DNA from: a virus
DNA: 64,000 bases
Reading direction: 5' to 3' (one strand)
IMG/VR virus record: IMGVR_UViG_2802429064_000003
Shown here piece after piece: positions 27,820 through 38,100 of the stretch. The stretch's first letter is position 1; every line of letters begins with the position of its first letter. The position numbers and the translations under genes are program-made. Under the pieces are notes generated by a model. The model made no database searches and had not been told where the DNA came from. It saw only the letters and a list, made by a program, of their open reading frames with translations.

Positions 27820-29190
27820 CTAAGCCCCTCTGAAGGCATTGCTGAGCGCATCGATGCCGTTTTTGATGCCATCGATGTTGCCGGATTTGAACGTGATGCG
27901 TTTGAACATGCCCGAGCCGCTTGGGTATGAGGCGATAATTCCCCGGCCTCGCATGAAGGCCAAGGCCAGAGCGCCGGGCTCGCCTCGTGACACATCGACA
28001 TCACTTGTGCTGACCGTCACTGTCGCGAGCGCGTGGGTTGTGCACCCCGCGATTTCCGCAATTGCTGCCTGAGCTCCTGCGGGCGTCTTGGCTGCTTTCA
28101 GCACGTTGCGGGCTGCCTTGCGGGCACGCTCACGTACCGCATCGGCTTCGGCACGAATCTGGTCGTCAGCGTCCGGCTCGGGTTCGCTGTCGAAGAGTTT
28201 CGAGGCATCCGAGTCCGAGTGGAGTTGATCGACCACAGCCCCCGGCAGGACGATCGGGGTTTTGAGCGGGTAGGCCGGCCATTGGCCTTCAGGGTCCAAG
28301 AGGTCAAGAACAGCAGCAGCGGCGTCGGCGCTGGCTCCATCGCGGCGCAGTCGGCGGCTGAACACCACGGTGGTGTTGTTGATCAGCGCTGAGACCACTT
28401 CGCGCTTGCCCACGCCGATCACGAAAGTCACACGGGGAACATCACGTACCGCGGCCTGAACGCCGTACGGCTTCAATTCGGCAGGAACCTCTACAGGCGC
28501 CCGTCGCTGTGCGTAGAGAAGCACCGTGCAGTACACAGTCAGTTCGGCGTGACCTGTCACTGCGTCGAACATCTGCTTGGCCTCGTCGGTCAAGTGGCCG
28601 TGTTCGTCGAGGGCCTGCCACGCCGTGAGGTCGTGACTAATCTGCGCCTCTGAGGTGGATAGATGCGGAAAAGTCGGCCCCAACTCGATCGGGATCTGGC
28701 GCACCATCGACTTGGCAGCCAGCCAATGCCAGTGGGAGACCGTGAAGTACGGTGACGTCTCGGTCACCGGTGTGACGGTGTTGTCAGCAGTGAGCCAGCT
28801 GTTGATGCTGCGATAGGGCGCGTCAGCTGGGGCCTTGTCACGTCCCGGAACCAGCGCACGCATCGCAGCGCGCATGGCGTCGGAGACTTTGATGGTGCCG
28901 TCAGGGTTCATGCGAATATCGGCCCCGGCAGACTCGGCGATCGGCGCCATCTCTGGATAGGCGGTCAAGGCCGCCTGGATGCGCGCTTGAACCGTGTCTT
29001 TGGGCCTATCCGCCTCGGTGGGCCGAGCATGGCCGTCTTCGTTTGTGTCCTGGGCAGATTCACCACGACTGTCTCCGAACTCCGACAGCGGTGGATCTTG
29101 CTGTGCTAGCGCATCTGACGTGGGTGGCTGTTCGTCGGTTGTGGTGCTCAGTCCAGATTCGAGGATCGCCTGAAGTTGCTCATTGATCAC
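27820..29190 (-). CDS. Hypothetical protein (456 aa) with an acidic N-terminus; weak resemblance to secretion-associated chaperones, unverified
   Basis: Long ORF with good periodicity. No firm motif. Confidence 0.5.
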   Translation of the reverse strand: MINEQLQAILESGLSTTTDEQPPTSDALAQQDPPLSEFGDSRGESAQDTNEDGHARPTEADRPKDTVQARIQAALTAYPEMAPIAESAGADIRMNPDGTIKVSDAMRAAMRALVPGRDKAPADAPYRSINSWLTADNTVTPVTETSPYFTVSHWHWLAAKSMVRQIPIELGPTFPHLSTSEAQISHDLTAWQALDEHGHLTDEAKQMFDAVTGHAELTVYCTVLLYAQRRAPVEVPAELKPYGVQAAVRDVPRVTFVIGVGKREVVSALINNTTVVFSRRLRRDGASADAAAAVLDLLDPEGQWPAYPLKTPIVLPGAVVDQLHSDSDASKLFDSEPEPDADDQIRAEADAVRERARKAARNVLKAAKTPAGAQAAIAEIAGCTTHALATVTVSTSDVDVSRGEPGALALAFMRGRGIIASYPSGSGMFKRITFKSGNIDGIKNGIDALSNAFRGA

Positions 29191-29237
29191 GGGGCGCAGG
29201 GTGCCCGGACACGGGCCGAATTATGGCCAGAGGCGCG

Positions 29238-31475
29238 TCATCCCAATGCGTGCCCTTGGTAGTTCACCTGTTGGGGCATCGGGCCCGTGGGTGCTACCTC
29301 TGGTGCGGCTGCCGGCGGTGCGGGTGGTGCAGAGGGTTGCACCGGCGGAGGCGGGGGAGGAGTGGGCGCGACTTGTGGTGGTGCTGCCGCCGCGGGCTCG
29401 GCCGGTGTTGCGGCGGGCGCCGGCGCCGCGTTCGGTACGGCCGGCGCGGGATTCGGCGGAAGCGGTGTCATGTCCCTAGCCGCAGAGTCAGACGGAGCAG
29501 GTGCCGGATTGGCCACCGGTGCTTCGCCCTTGGCGTCTGGCAGCGGTGCATCATCGGGGAGATCCGGAAGCGGGATCTCGGAGATGAAACCGTTGTCGCC
29601 GAGCACCTCTGCGAGGTCCTCGATCAATCCAGTCGAAGTCATCACCAGCCCCTCACCGAGGTACATTCCGGACTGATAGGCACCGATCACCGCGTCACCC
29701 ACGTGAACGTCTTCGGGGTCGATGGGATCGCCCAGGGAGGTCAGATCCATCCCGGAGGCCTTCGCAGCATCGAGCACCGAACAAGGCTTGTCTGCGGTGG
29801 CGTCGGCCATGTTCAGCATCATCTCGCCCAGGCGGGGGTCCGGGATGTTCTTCACCTGCACGTTGTGTCCGTTGGCCGGAACGGCGAGATCGAACGGCTT
29901 GATCGACTTCTTGGACAGGGGGACAGCGTCTTTGTCGACTTTCCCCGTGTGTTCCTTGTCCACTGGCTTCCCGGTGGCATCGAGCTGGTGCGGACGCGCG
30001 TCACTGCCCGGCATGCCCACAGACTTCGGCGTGGCCGGCCCGGGCGGGCTGAATGTCGCTGTGGTCGCCGCTGAGCGATCCTTGCCCGCGGCCTTCGCCG
30101 CCGCGGTGTCCAGACCGGTGTGGCGCTGATTGTCCGGAGCTGCGCTTTTCAATGACTTGAGCAGCTCTTCGGGAACCTTCCCTGCCTGTTGTGCGGCTTG
30201 TTGGGCAGCCTGATTGAGGGGTTGAGCGGCTTGTTGTGCGGCTTGTTGAGCGGGCGCGATAGCGCCCGGAAGCTGTTGACCGAGTCCTCCGGTGCCCAGT
30301 GCAGAGAGCAGTTTGGACAGATCGGAAGTGGCGCCCTTGCCCGCTCCGGCTGGAGTCGAAGCCCCGGGCCGACCGCCAGGTGCGGCGGCAGAGGATCCGG
30401 GGCGACCAGCCGGCGTAGTCCCATGCGCGGTGCCATTGTCTGCGCCGGCCACTCCAGCACTAATCAGCTCCGGTGCCACGGCTGCCGGGACGGTGATCTG
30501 TTTGGCGATGGCAGCGATTGCGGCGCCGTGTCGTGTCACTTCGTCGGTCTTGCTCAGCGTGGTCGCTACGGGGGTAATCTTTACGAACTCGCCGCGCGAG
30601 CTGTAGGCGGTGACGTCTGCCTTGTCCACTGCTTCGTCGGTGACATGGATGCCTTGAGGGAGGCTCGCGTTCATCTTCGCGCGTGCCACTTCTCTGGCGG
30701 TGTTGACGATGTCTTTTCGTTTCGCCAGCTCCTCGCCGCGCAGCTGCTGGAAACTGTCGTTTGCCGCGATCCCGTAGCGCGCAATCTGATTGTGCAGATC
30801 GCTCGACGACTCGGCGTCGGTGGCCAGCGTGGTGAGCGAAGCTCGGATCTTCACCAGCTGCTGTTCGATCAGTTGCTCACCCGAACCCTCGAATGCCTTC
30901 AGCAGAGTGTCGATTGCGATGCGCCATTGCGGGATCAGGTTCTTGGCCAGATCGTACGTTGCGCCCAGAGAGGAGATGTTCGTGCCAGAGCCGGGGAAAC
31001 GCGCGCCGTCCGGAAACCAGGCTTGAGCTGGGTCGACGACAAACCAGGACTGATTGAGTGCCTCGATACCTGCGTCGAGCGCGTTGAGCGCGGTGTTGTC
31101 GCTCGGATCCAATGCGGGGAGAACTGCGTTGCCCTGGAGCCATTTACGTTCACCGTCCGGTGGTCCCGACAGCAGCGTCGAGATTGCCGGTGTGGTCCCA
31201 GCTGGCGCCGGCGAACTCGAGTCTGGTGCTCTGCGGTCAGTGTGGGATCCCGCGTCCTTGAGCCTCGCGACCAGTATGGCTGGATCCAGGCGCTTGCCAG
31301 CGACGAGTTCGGAACTGAGTTCGGGTGCGAGGTCCCGCTTCCAGGTGCCCGCACCGTACTTCGCATCGACAGCGTCTTCGATTTGCCTGAGGCACACCGG
31401 CGCCCACAGTCTGCCGGTTGGTTGGGTCAGGACTGCGTTGTAGCGGTCGATCGCTTGCTCGATGGGGTCGGTCAT
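29238..31475 (-). CDS. Large hypothetical protein (745 aa) with an extended Pro/Ala-rich C-terminal tail; possible secreted substrate or effector
   Basis: Helical N-terminal region, long APAPA tracts, C-terminal PPPPPPVQPSAPPAPPAAAPEV. A segment resembling NlpC/P60 (PCSVLD...HVGDAVIG...SGMYLGEGLVM) is only suggestive. Confidence 0.55.
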   Translation of the reverse strand: MTDPIEQAIDRYNAVLTQPTGRLWAPVCLRQIEDAVDAKYGAGTWKRDLAPELSSELVAGKRLDPAILVARLKDAGSHTDRRAPDSSSPAPAGTTPAISTLLSGPPDGERKWLQGNAVLPALDPSDNTALNALDAGIEALNQSWFVVDPAQAWFPDGARFPGSGTNISSLGATYDLAKNLIPQWRIAIDTLLKAFEGSGEQLIEQQLVKIRASLTTLATDAESSSDLHNQIARYGIAANDSFQQLRGEELAKRKDIVNTAREVARAKMNASLPQGIHVTDEAVDKADVTAYSSRGEFVKITPVATTLSKTDEVTRHGAAIAAIAKQITVPAAVAPELISAGVAGADNGTAHGTTPAGRPGSSAAAPGGRPGASTPAGAGKGATSDLSKLLSALGTGGLGQQLPGAIAPAQQAAQQAAQPLNQAAQQAAQQAGKVPEELLKSLKSAAPDNQRHTGLDTAAAKAAGKDRSAATTATFSPPGPATPKSVGMPGSDARPHQLDATGKPVDKEHTGKVDKDAVPLSKKSIKPFDLAVPANGHNVQVKNIPDPRLGEMMLNMADATADKPCSVLDAAKASGMDLTSLGDPIDPEDVHVGDAVIGAYQSGMYLGEGLVMTSTGLIEDLAEVLGDNGFISEIPLPDLPDDAPLPDAKGEAPVANPAPAPSDSAARDMTPLPPNPAPAVPNAAPAPAATPAEPAAAAPPQVAPTPPPPPPVQPSAPPAPPAAAPEVAPTGPMPQQVNYQGHALG

Positions 31476-31511
31476 ATGCGCTCCACTCGTGGCAGGGACT
31501 GGGCCAGAAAC

Positions 31512-32339
31512 TCAGTAGCCGACACCGTGGCCGACGCCGCGCGCCATGAAGGTGACCAAACCGGTGCCGGTGTGCAGATCAACGTGGTAGCGCACGGCGA
31601 TGTAGCGCCATGCCGCGGCGATATTGGCCACCGGGTCGTAGATGAACGTGGAGGTGCCTGGGGCATGATTGGCTGCGAAAGTCCCTGGGACAGTCTGCAT
31701 GAGGCCGCGCGAGCTTCCAGCTGGTGCGCCGTCAGGCTGCCGGGCGCCCCAGGCGTTGGAATCTCCGCGGTTCACGGCGTTGGTTGCGCCGCCGGATTCC
31801 CCGCCCATGATCGTGCGTGTGGCGGTGTCGAATTGCCCAAATAGCCGTGGGTTTACGCCGGCGGCCTGCAACCCGGCCGAGATGTCCGCATCGGTGACAT
31901 GGGGGACAGGGTGTGCGGTGTAGATGATCTTGGACTTATCGATCGCGGCTGCCTCGGTGACAGGTCTGGTCGAAGCAACCGGCACGAGCACCAGGGGACG
32001 TGACGGAGCAGCGCCGGGTATCGGTTCCTCTACCGTGATCGGTTCTTCGTCGCGTGCTGCATCGTCGACTGGCGGTGCTTCGTCGACAGGTTCGGCGGCG
32101 GTCTCTTCGTCTGCCGCCTCGATGACCGGCTCAGGCGCAGACTCTTCGTCGACGAGATGGTGCTCGACAATCGGTTCGGTTGCCGGTTCGGTTCCGCAAT
32201 CCGGCATATCGCAGGTGATTGTCGCCACATCTGAAGTCGGATCCGATGCGGGGTCAGCATGCGCGACGCCGCCTCCGATCGCAGCGATTGCCGCCGCGGC
32301 GACCATCGCCGACAGAACTGGACGCTTACCTGTGGACAT
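31512..32339 (-). CDS. Secreted lytic transglycosylase (SLT domain) protein
   Basis: Signal peptide, acidic linker, then GGESGGATNAVNRGDSNAWGARQPDGAPAGSSRGLMQTVPGTF, the SLT catalytic motif region. Confidence 0.6.
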   Translation of the reverse strand: MSTGKRPVLSAMVAAAAIAAIGGGVAHADPASDPTSDVATITCDMPDCGTEPATEPIVEHHLVDEESAPEPVIEAADEETAAEPVDEAPPVDDAARDEEPITVEEPIPGAAPSRPLVLVPVASTRPVTEAAAIDKSKIIYTAHPVPHVTDADISAGLQAAGVNPRLFGQFDTATRTIMGGESGGATNAVNRGDSNAWGARQPDGAPAGSSRGLMQTVPGTFAANHAPGTSTFIYDPVANIAAAWRYIAVRYHVDLHTGTGLVTFMARGVGHGVGY

Positions 32340-32536
32340 AAGTCGGTCTCCTGAAAGATCTCGGTCGAGATGACGCGATATTGCGGCGGAGAGTAGGGCC
32401 CGCAGACCTGGCGCCCGGGCTGCGGCGCGTGCGGCCCGGGGAGTTCTGTTACCGCGTGTGATACCCGCGAATCAAAAGCGGCATCTGTGTATTCTGCGCG
32501 CGTTGGAACGCAGAGATTCGCGAGCGAGGAGAGGCC

Positions 32537-33370
32537 ATGAGATCTGCCAGCTCCCGGCGCGGGAGAAGGTGTGCCGTGCGCGCCGCAGGTTGGGCGGTCG
32601 CGCTCGTACTTGCAACGGCAACCAGCTGGGTCGCAGAGCCGACGGCCAATGCCGAACCGGCGCCCGGCAGTGATGCGTGGATATCGATCGCCGGTGTCCG
32701 CGGCTCACGGCCGCCGGTGGCATTCACTGCCGCCGCGTACCCACGACCCGGGGTGAGTTTGGTCCAGCAGTTCGATCCCACCGAGGTGTCTGAATGCACC
32801 ATTTCATGGCCGATTGTCAGCACTCGCAGCGACATCGGGTACCTGACAGCCGGGCACTGCGATCGCAAAGAAGGTGCGCCCCTGTGGATGTACACCGACG
32901 CTGAAGGCGCTGGTCGCCTGAACCTCTCACCGCTGCAGAACGCCGAACGCGGAGTCGATGACGCCGGCCGCAGGTATGACGCGGCCCTGTTCTTCTTGTC
33001 TCCAGCACAACAAGAAGCGGCCTACGGAACCGTGATAAACGACGGGATACGGCTGCGTGGCGTGATGTCGGTCCCGTCGGCCAAGGCTCTTCCTGCGGGA
33101 ACTCCGGTGTGCATGAATGGTTCTCGTTCAGGTCTGACATGCGGGCCGCTGATCGCTGCTGGAGACGATCAGCTCGAGTGGGGTGGTGCCGCAGTACAGG
33201 GGGACTCGGGTGCGCCGGTGTTCGTCGTCAACAGCAGCGGCGACGCACAGGCGATCGGCATGCTGCACGGCGGGCCGAGCGATACCGACAATTTCGCGAC
33301 CTACCTGGCGCCGGTCTTGGAGCGGCTCAAGGTGCGGCTGATTGTCGACGACAGGAAGGGCATCTCGTGA
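32537..33370 (+). CDS. Secreted trypsin-like serine protease (S1 family)
   Basis: Signal peptide. TAGHC (catalytic His) and GDSGAPVF (catalytic Ser) motifs. Confidence 0.65.
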   Translation: MRSASSRRGRRCAVRAAGWAVALVLATATSWVAEPTANAEPAPGSDAWISIAGVRGSRPPVAFTAAAYPRPGVSLVQQFDPTEVSECTISWPIVSTRSDIGYLTAGHCDRKEGAPLWMYTDAEGAGRLNLSPLQNAERGVDDAGRRYDAALFFLSPAQQEAAYGTVINDGIRLRGVMSVPSAKALPAGTPVCMNGSRSGLTCGPLIAAGDDQLEWGGAAVQGDSGAPVFVVNSSGDAQAIGMLHGGPSDTDNFATYLAPVLERLKVRLIVDDRKGIS

Positions 33371-33999
33371 CGACAACGATCGAATCAGATGGTGTGACGA
33401 GTCACCAGCGACGGATCAGCGGGCAAGGCCGAACGCAGCTGTTTGACACCGTCGAACGAGCGGCGACTACCGCGCTGGTCGTGGCTGCGCTCACATCAGC
33501 AGATCCGGTGCGGTCCCAAACCTCGCGCAGGGTGTACCCCTTGATCCATTCCGCAGGTGACGGCGCTGGCTCGCGGCGGCGTGCTGGGGCGTTGTCATCC
33601 CTGGTGGCTGACGTTCTGGCGGCGCAATCCGACGACACCGGCGCGGCGCCGGCACTGGCCCTCTCGATGGAAAGGTGGTTGTTGCACCCACATCCGAGCA
33701 CGGCAACTGAACTGACGCGCACAGTGCGCCAATTCGTCGAAGGCTTCGACTCCCCGGATGCCGCCACGCTGGAACTTGCGTGGGTGGCCGGCGCTGGCCT
33801 CGACGATGCCCTCGTCAAACTCCGCGAAAGAGGGTTGAACGGTGATGATGCACAACCACTGTTGAGCCTCATCGCTGCTGCCGTTGAGTTGACCGTGCCC
33901 ATGGTCTGGGTAGCCCGAACCCTCGGCGTGCCCCGGGACCAGATTTATCGCCGCACCCGCGGAATCGATCGCGAGGCCTGGCGTGCACTTTTGCCGTAG
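33367..33999 (+). CDS. Hypothetical protein (GTG start in a GTGA overlap with the protease stop)
   Basis: Coupled to the protease gene. The C-terminus is possibly HTH-like. Weak evidence. Confidence 0.4.
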   Translation: MTTTIESDGVTSHQRRISGQGRTQLFDTVERAATTALVVAALTSADPVRSQTSRRVYPLIHSAGDGAGSRRRAGALSSLVADVLAAQSDDTGAAPALALSMERWLLHPHPSTATELTRTVRQFVEGFDSPDAATLELAWVAGAGLDDALVKLRERGLNGDDAQPLLSLIAAAVELTVPMVWVARTLGVPRDQIYRRTRGIDREAWRALLP

Positions 34000-34061
34000 C
34001 AGCTCGGCGTGTCGCCCCATCACAGTTGGTCCTGGCGCGAAACCGTTGGACAGTGACGCCG

Positions 34062-34078
34062 TTCTCTAAAACAGAAAA
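34062..34078. promoter_or_regulatory. Operator/promoter palindrome, variant TTCTCTAAAACAGAAAA
   Basis: Located 22 nt upstream of the ATG at 34100. Confidence 0.55.
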
Positions 34079-34099
34079 TAACAGCAAGTGGGAGTGCGG

Positions 34100-35104
34100 A
34101 TGACATCGACCTTGTGCCTGGAATCGAGGCCAACTGGGCTGGTTCCGAGCGAAGATGTGAGGGCAGAGCCCTCGTCAGATGCGCGCGAAGACGCGCGCTC
34201 GGCGAAGTTCAGCCGAGATGCCGTCCGGTACCTCCTGGAGTACATCGCTGCGAATGGTCACGCGCATATCCCGCGTGACTATGTGTGCGCAGATGGCTTC
34301 CAACTCGGTGCACGGTCCAACAACTGGCGGCGGCGAAAGATCAGTCCGGAGTTCATAGCGAGGCTTGACCGCGTGAAGCTCTGGCGGTGGACTGCCGAAG
34401 AAGCGCGATGGGACGCCCGCTTTGCGCTACTAACGGAATACATACAGGAACACGGTGACGCACGTCCGCCCGCCAGATGGCGCTCGGTTGATGGATTCCG
34501 TCTCGGCGGCTGGGTTGCCCGTCAGCGCGCCTTGTATCGTGAAGGTCATCTCGATCCGGATCGCACGGCTCGGTTAGAGGAGTGCCCCGGTTGGGTCTGG
34601 GAGCACCCGACGAACTTGCGATGGGCCGAGGCTTACAAACTGCTCTGCCGATACGTGGACGAGCATGGGACTGCAGCTGTTCCCTTGTCATACACCCACT
34701 CCGAGGGATACAGGCTCGGGGATTGGGCCGCCGCCCAGCGGTACTACTTCAAGACCGGAAGTATGAGCAAGGAACGAGCCCAGCTGCTCGAATCGCAGCC
34801 AGGGTGGTCTTGGACACGAGAATCAGCACGCTCAGATGAGCAGTGGGAGTGTGGATTCAATCATCTGCTCTGGCTTGTCGGACAGACAGGCTTCGCTGAT
34901 GTCCCCGCTGGGTATCGCACTCCAGATGGATTCCGGCTGGGACCATGGGCGTACTCGCAAAGGTCCCAGCAGCGCGACGGAACGCTAGATCCAGAAAGAG
35001 CTGCACGCCTCAACGCGATACCCGGATGGACCTGGCACATCGAGCCGAGCCGCAAAATTGCTCCACCGTATTCCACGCTGGTGTCCGCAGGAGCTTCGTC
35101 GTGA
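34100..35104 (+). CDS. Helicase-associated (HA) domain repeat protein (4-5 HA repeats, no helicase core)
   Basis: Repeated W..W...F..L..Y...HGH..VP......GF.LG.W...QR......L...R...L...PGW.W units. GGGAGTG RBS. Confidence 0.6.
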   Translation: MTSTLCLESRPTGLVPSEDVRAEPSSDAREDARSAKFSRDAVRYLLEYIAANGHAHIPRDYVCADGFQLGARSNNWRRRKISPEFIARLDRVKLWRWTAEEARWDARFALLTEYIQEHGDARPPARWRSVDGFRLGGWVARQRALYREGHLDPDRTARLEECPGWVWEHPTNLRWAEAYKLLCRYVDEHGTAAVPLSYTHSEGYRLGDWAAAQRYYFKTGSMSKERAQLLESQPGWSWTRESARSDEQWECGFNHLLWLVGQTGFADVPAGYRTPDGFRLGPWAYSQRSQQRDGTLDPERAARLNAIPGWTWHIEPSRKIAPPYSTLVSAGASS

Positions 35105-38100
35105 AAGGGCATGTCAAGGCCACCACCGTGCCCGCTCCAAAACTGCGTGTGAGGCCACCAAATCCACTTCGCCAACACCAGATCGACGCCCTCACGGCTG
35201 TGCAGACCGACGTGGCGCGTCAACAGCTCATCATGGCGTGCGGAACAGGGAAGACACTGACCGGCCAGCATGCCGTGGCCAAGCTACTGGGCGAGCAACC
35301 CGGAACAGTCCTGGTTCTGGTTCCGACACTTAGCCTGTTGGAGCAGACGTTCCAGGCATGGGCCGCGTATGCTCCGTTCGGATTCGACTCGATCGCCGTA
35401 TGCTCTAAGTTGACCCCTGCTGAAAAGCGAAGCGTCGGTACAGAGGATGACACTGATACCGGTCAGCTTGCGTTGGCAGCCACAACCGAACCAGCGGAGC
35501 TCGCGGACTTCCTGGCTGGCCAAGAACGGACGACGCGGGTCGTGTTCGGCACCTACCAGTCACTCGACACAGTGATCGCTGCCCATGCCGATCACGGCGC
35601 AGAGCCGTGGAGCGTGGTCGTCTGCGATGAAGCGCATCGCACCGCAGGAGCCAAGGCCAAGCCGTTCGCGCGAGCGCTTCACGATGAGTTCGTGCCGGCG
35701 CGCCGGCGACTGTTCCTGACAGCAACGCCGCGTGTGCATACCGTGTCGGAGAAGGAATCAGGGTCGGAGAAATCCACGTTGCTGGCGTCGATGGATGACG
35801 AAACGCTCTACGGCAAGCAGGTTTATACCCTGTCGGTGGCCGAAGCGATTGAGAAGAACATTCTGTCGCAGTACCGCGTCGCGGTAATCGGTGTAGAGGA
35901 TGCGGAATTACAAGCCGCGGTGCGGACGCTCGAAACGGTGAAGGTAGCAGGAAGCGACCTGTCGCTTGATCACGTCGCATCGATCGTGGCGCTGTCGAAG
36001 GCGGCGCAGCAATACGGACTGCAGGCGATCATCGCCTTTTTCAACAGCATCAAGTCCAGCAAGAGTTTCCGTGACGCCTTCAACACGGTTCACGAAAGTC
36101 GCGTTGGTGAGCACCTTGCCGAAGGGGTTGCCGAACACATCGACGGCGCCATGAAATTAGAGAAACGCCGTGCTGCTCTGACACGGCTAGCGCAGAATCG
36201 CGACAATGGTTTCTACCTCGTATCTAACGCACGGTGCTTGTCTGAGGGTATTGACGTACCGGTTTTGGACGCAGTCTTCTTCGGGGAGCCTCGCAGCAGC
36301 CAGATCGAGGTCGTGCAGTGCGTCGGCCGCGCGATCCGCAAGAACCCCCGTCACGACAATCCGGCGCTGATTGTGATTGGGGTGCGCATCGGGGCCGGTG
36401 AGGACATCGAAGCGGCAGTCGACGAGTCGCAGTTCAAGAAGATTCGACAGGTTATCGCGGCGTTGTCCGACCACGACCCACGCATCGCCGAGGCCGCCCG
36501 CGTTCTGGCCCGAAGCGGAGGATCCAACCCGGACGATTCGGTCCACGAGAAAACCGACTGGGCCAAAGATCTTCTTGCATTGGAGGTCCCGGAGGCACTG
36601 CTGCATAACGGGTTCGGGCTGCGGATGCTGGACGTTAGAAATCGAGACTGGGAGAAGCGGTTCGCGCAAGTTTCTCAACACGCTCAACGTACCGGAAACG
36701 TGATTTTTGCAAATACGGACCCATGCGGCAGCTGGATAAACAAGCAGCGCATGAAATTCCGTGAAGGAAGACTACCAGTGGAACGTAGTAGGCGGCTTGA
36801 GTCCCTGCCTGGATGGAGCTGGGATGTACTTACTGATCAATGGGAGATGCGCTTTGTAGAAGTTTCTCGACGGGCTCAACGTGTTGGAACCGTGGCGTTT
36901 CCACACGGAAGCCCGCAGAGTGCGTGGGTGACCAATCAGCGCAAAGCGTTCAGTGACGGAAGGCTACCAGTGGAACGTAGTAGGCGGCTTGAGTCCCTGC
37001 CTGGATGGAGCTGGGATGTACTTACTGATCAATGGGAGATGCGATTCGCGGAGGCCTCTCAACGCGCTCAACATGTTGGCAACCTGGCAGTTTCGAGAAA
37101 CCAGCCACTAGGTAAATGGATAGCTAATCAGCGTCGGCGTTTCCACACTGGTTCACTTTGTGCTGAACGAATCAAGCGGCTTGAGTCGCTGCCAGGGTGG
37201 AGCTGGGATGTACTTACTGATCGGTGGGAGAAGATGTTTGTGGAGGTTTCTAGACATGCTCACCTCAGGGGCAACGTGACATTTCCAAGCAAAGATCCGC
37301 GAGGTACTTGGGTAACTAAACAGCGCAAATCCTTCCGCGCCGGCACGCTGTCTGCCGAACGCATCAAGCGTCTAGAGGCTCTGGCCGGCTGGAGTTGGGA
37401 TGTGATCTCGGCTCAGTGGGAGAAGATGTTTGTGGAGGTTTCTAGACATGCTCACCTCAGGGGCAACGTGACATTTCCAAGCAAAGATCCTCGGCAGGTG
37501 TGGGTATCCCAGCAGCGGACAACGCACCTCCGTGCGGGCACGTTGTCTCTTGAACGCATCAAGCGGCTTGAGTCGCTGCCCGGGTGGAGTTGGGATGTGA
37601 TCTCGGCTCAGTGGGAGCAGCGGTTTGCGGAGGTTTCTAGACATGCTCACCTCACGGGCAACGTGACATTTCCAAGCAACGATCCTCGGATGCTATGGGT
37701 ATACACGCAGCGGAAGTCTTTTCAGGTCAACAAGCTTTCTGCTGAACGAATTAAGCGGCTTGAGTCGCTGCCCGGGTGGAGTTGGGATGTACTCACCGAT
37801 CAATGGGAGCAGATGTTCGAGGTGATTCACCACCATTCCCGTCTAACCGGGCGGATTGCGTTTGATAGAAGGGACACACGCACGTACTGGATTCAGGTTC
37901 AGCGCCAACGTTTCCGTGCGGGCACCTTGTCTCCTGAACGCATCAAGCGTCTAGAGGCTCTGTCCGGTTGGACCTGGGATGTTCTCGCCGACCAGTGGGA
38001 GCAAAGTTACGCCGAAGTATGTCGTTACGCTGAGCGCACCGGCAACGTGACTTTTCCGGACAGGAACCCCCTGCGAAGCTGGGTAAGTCGGCAGCGCAGA

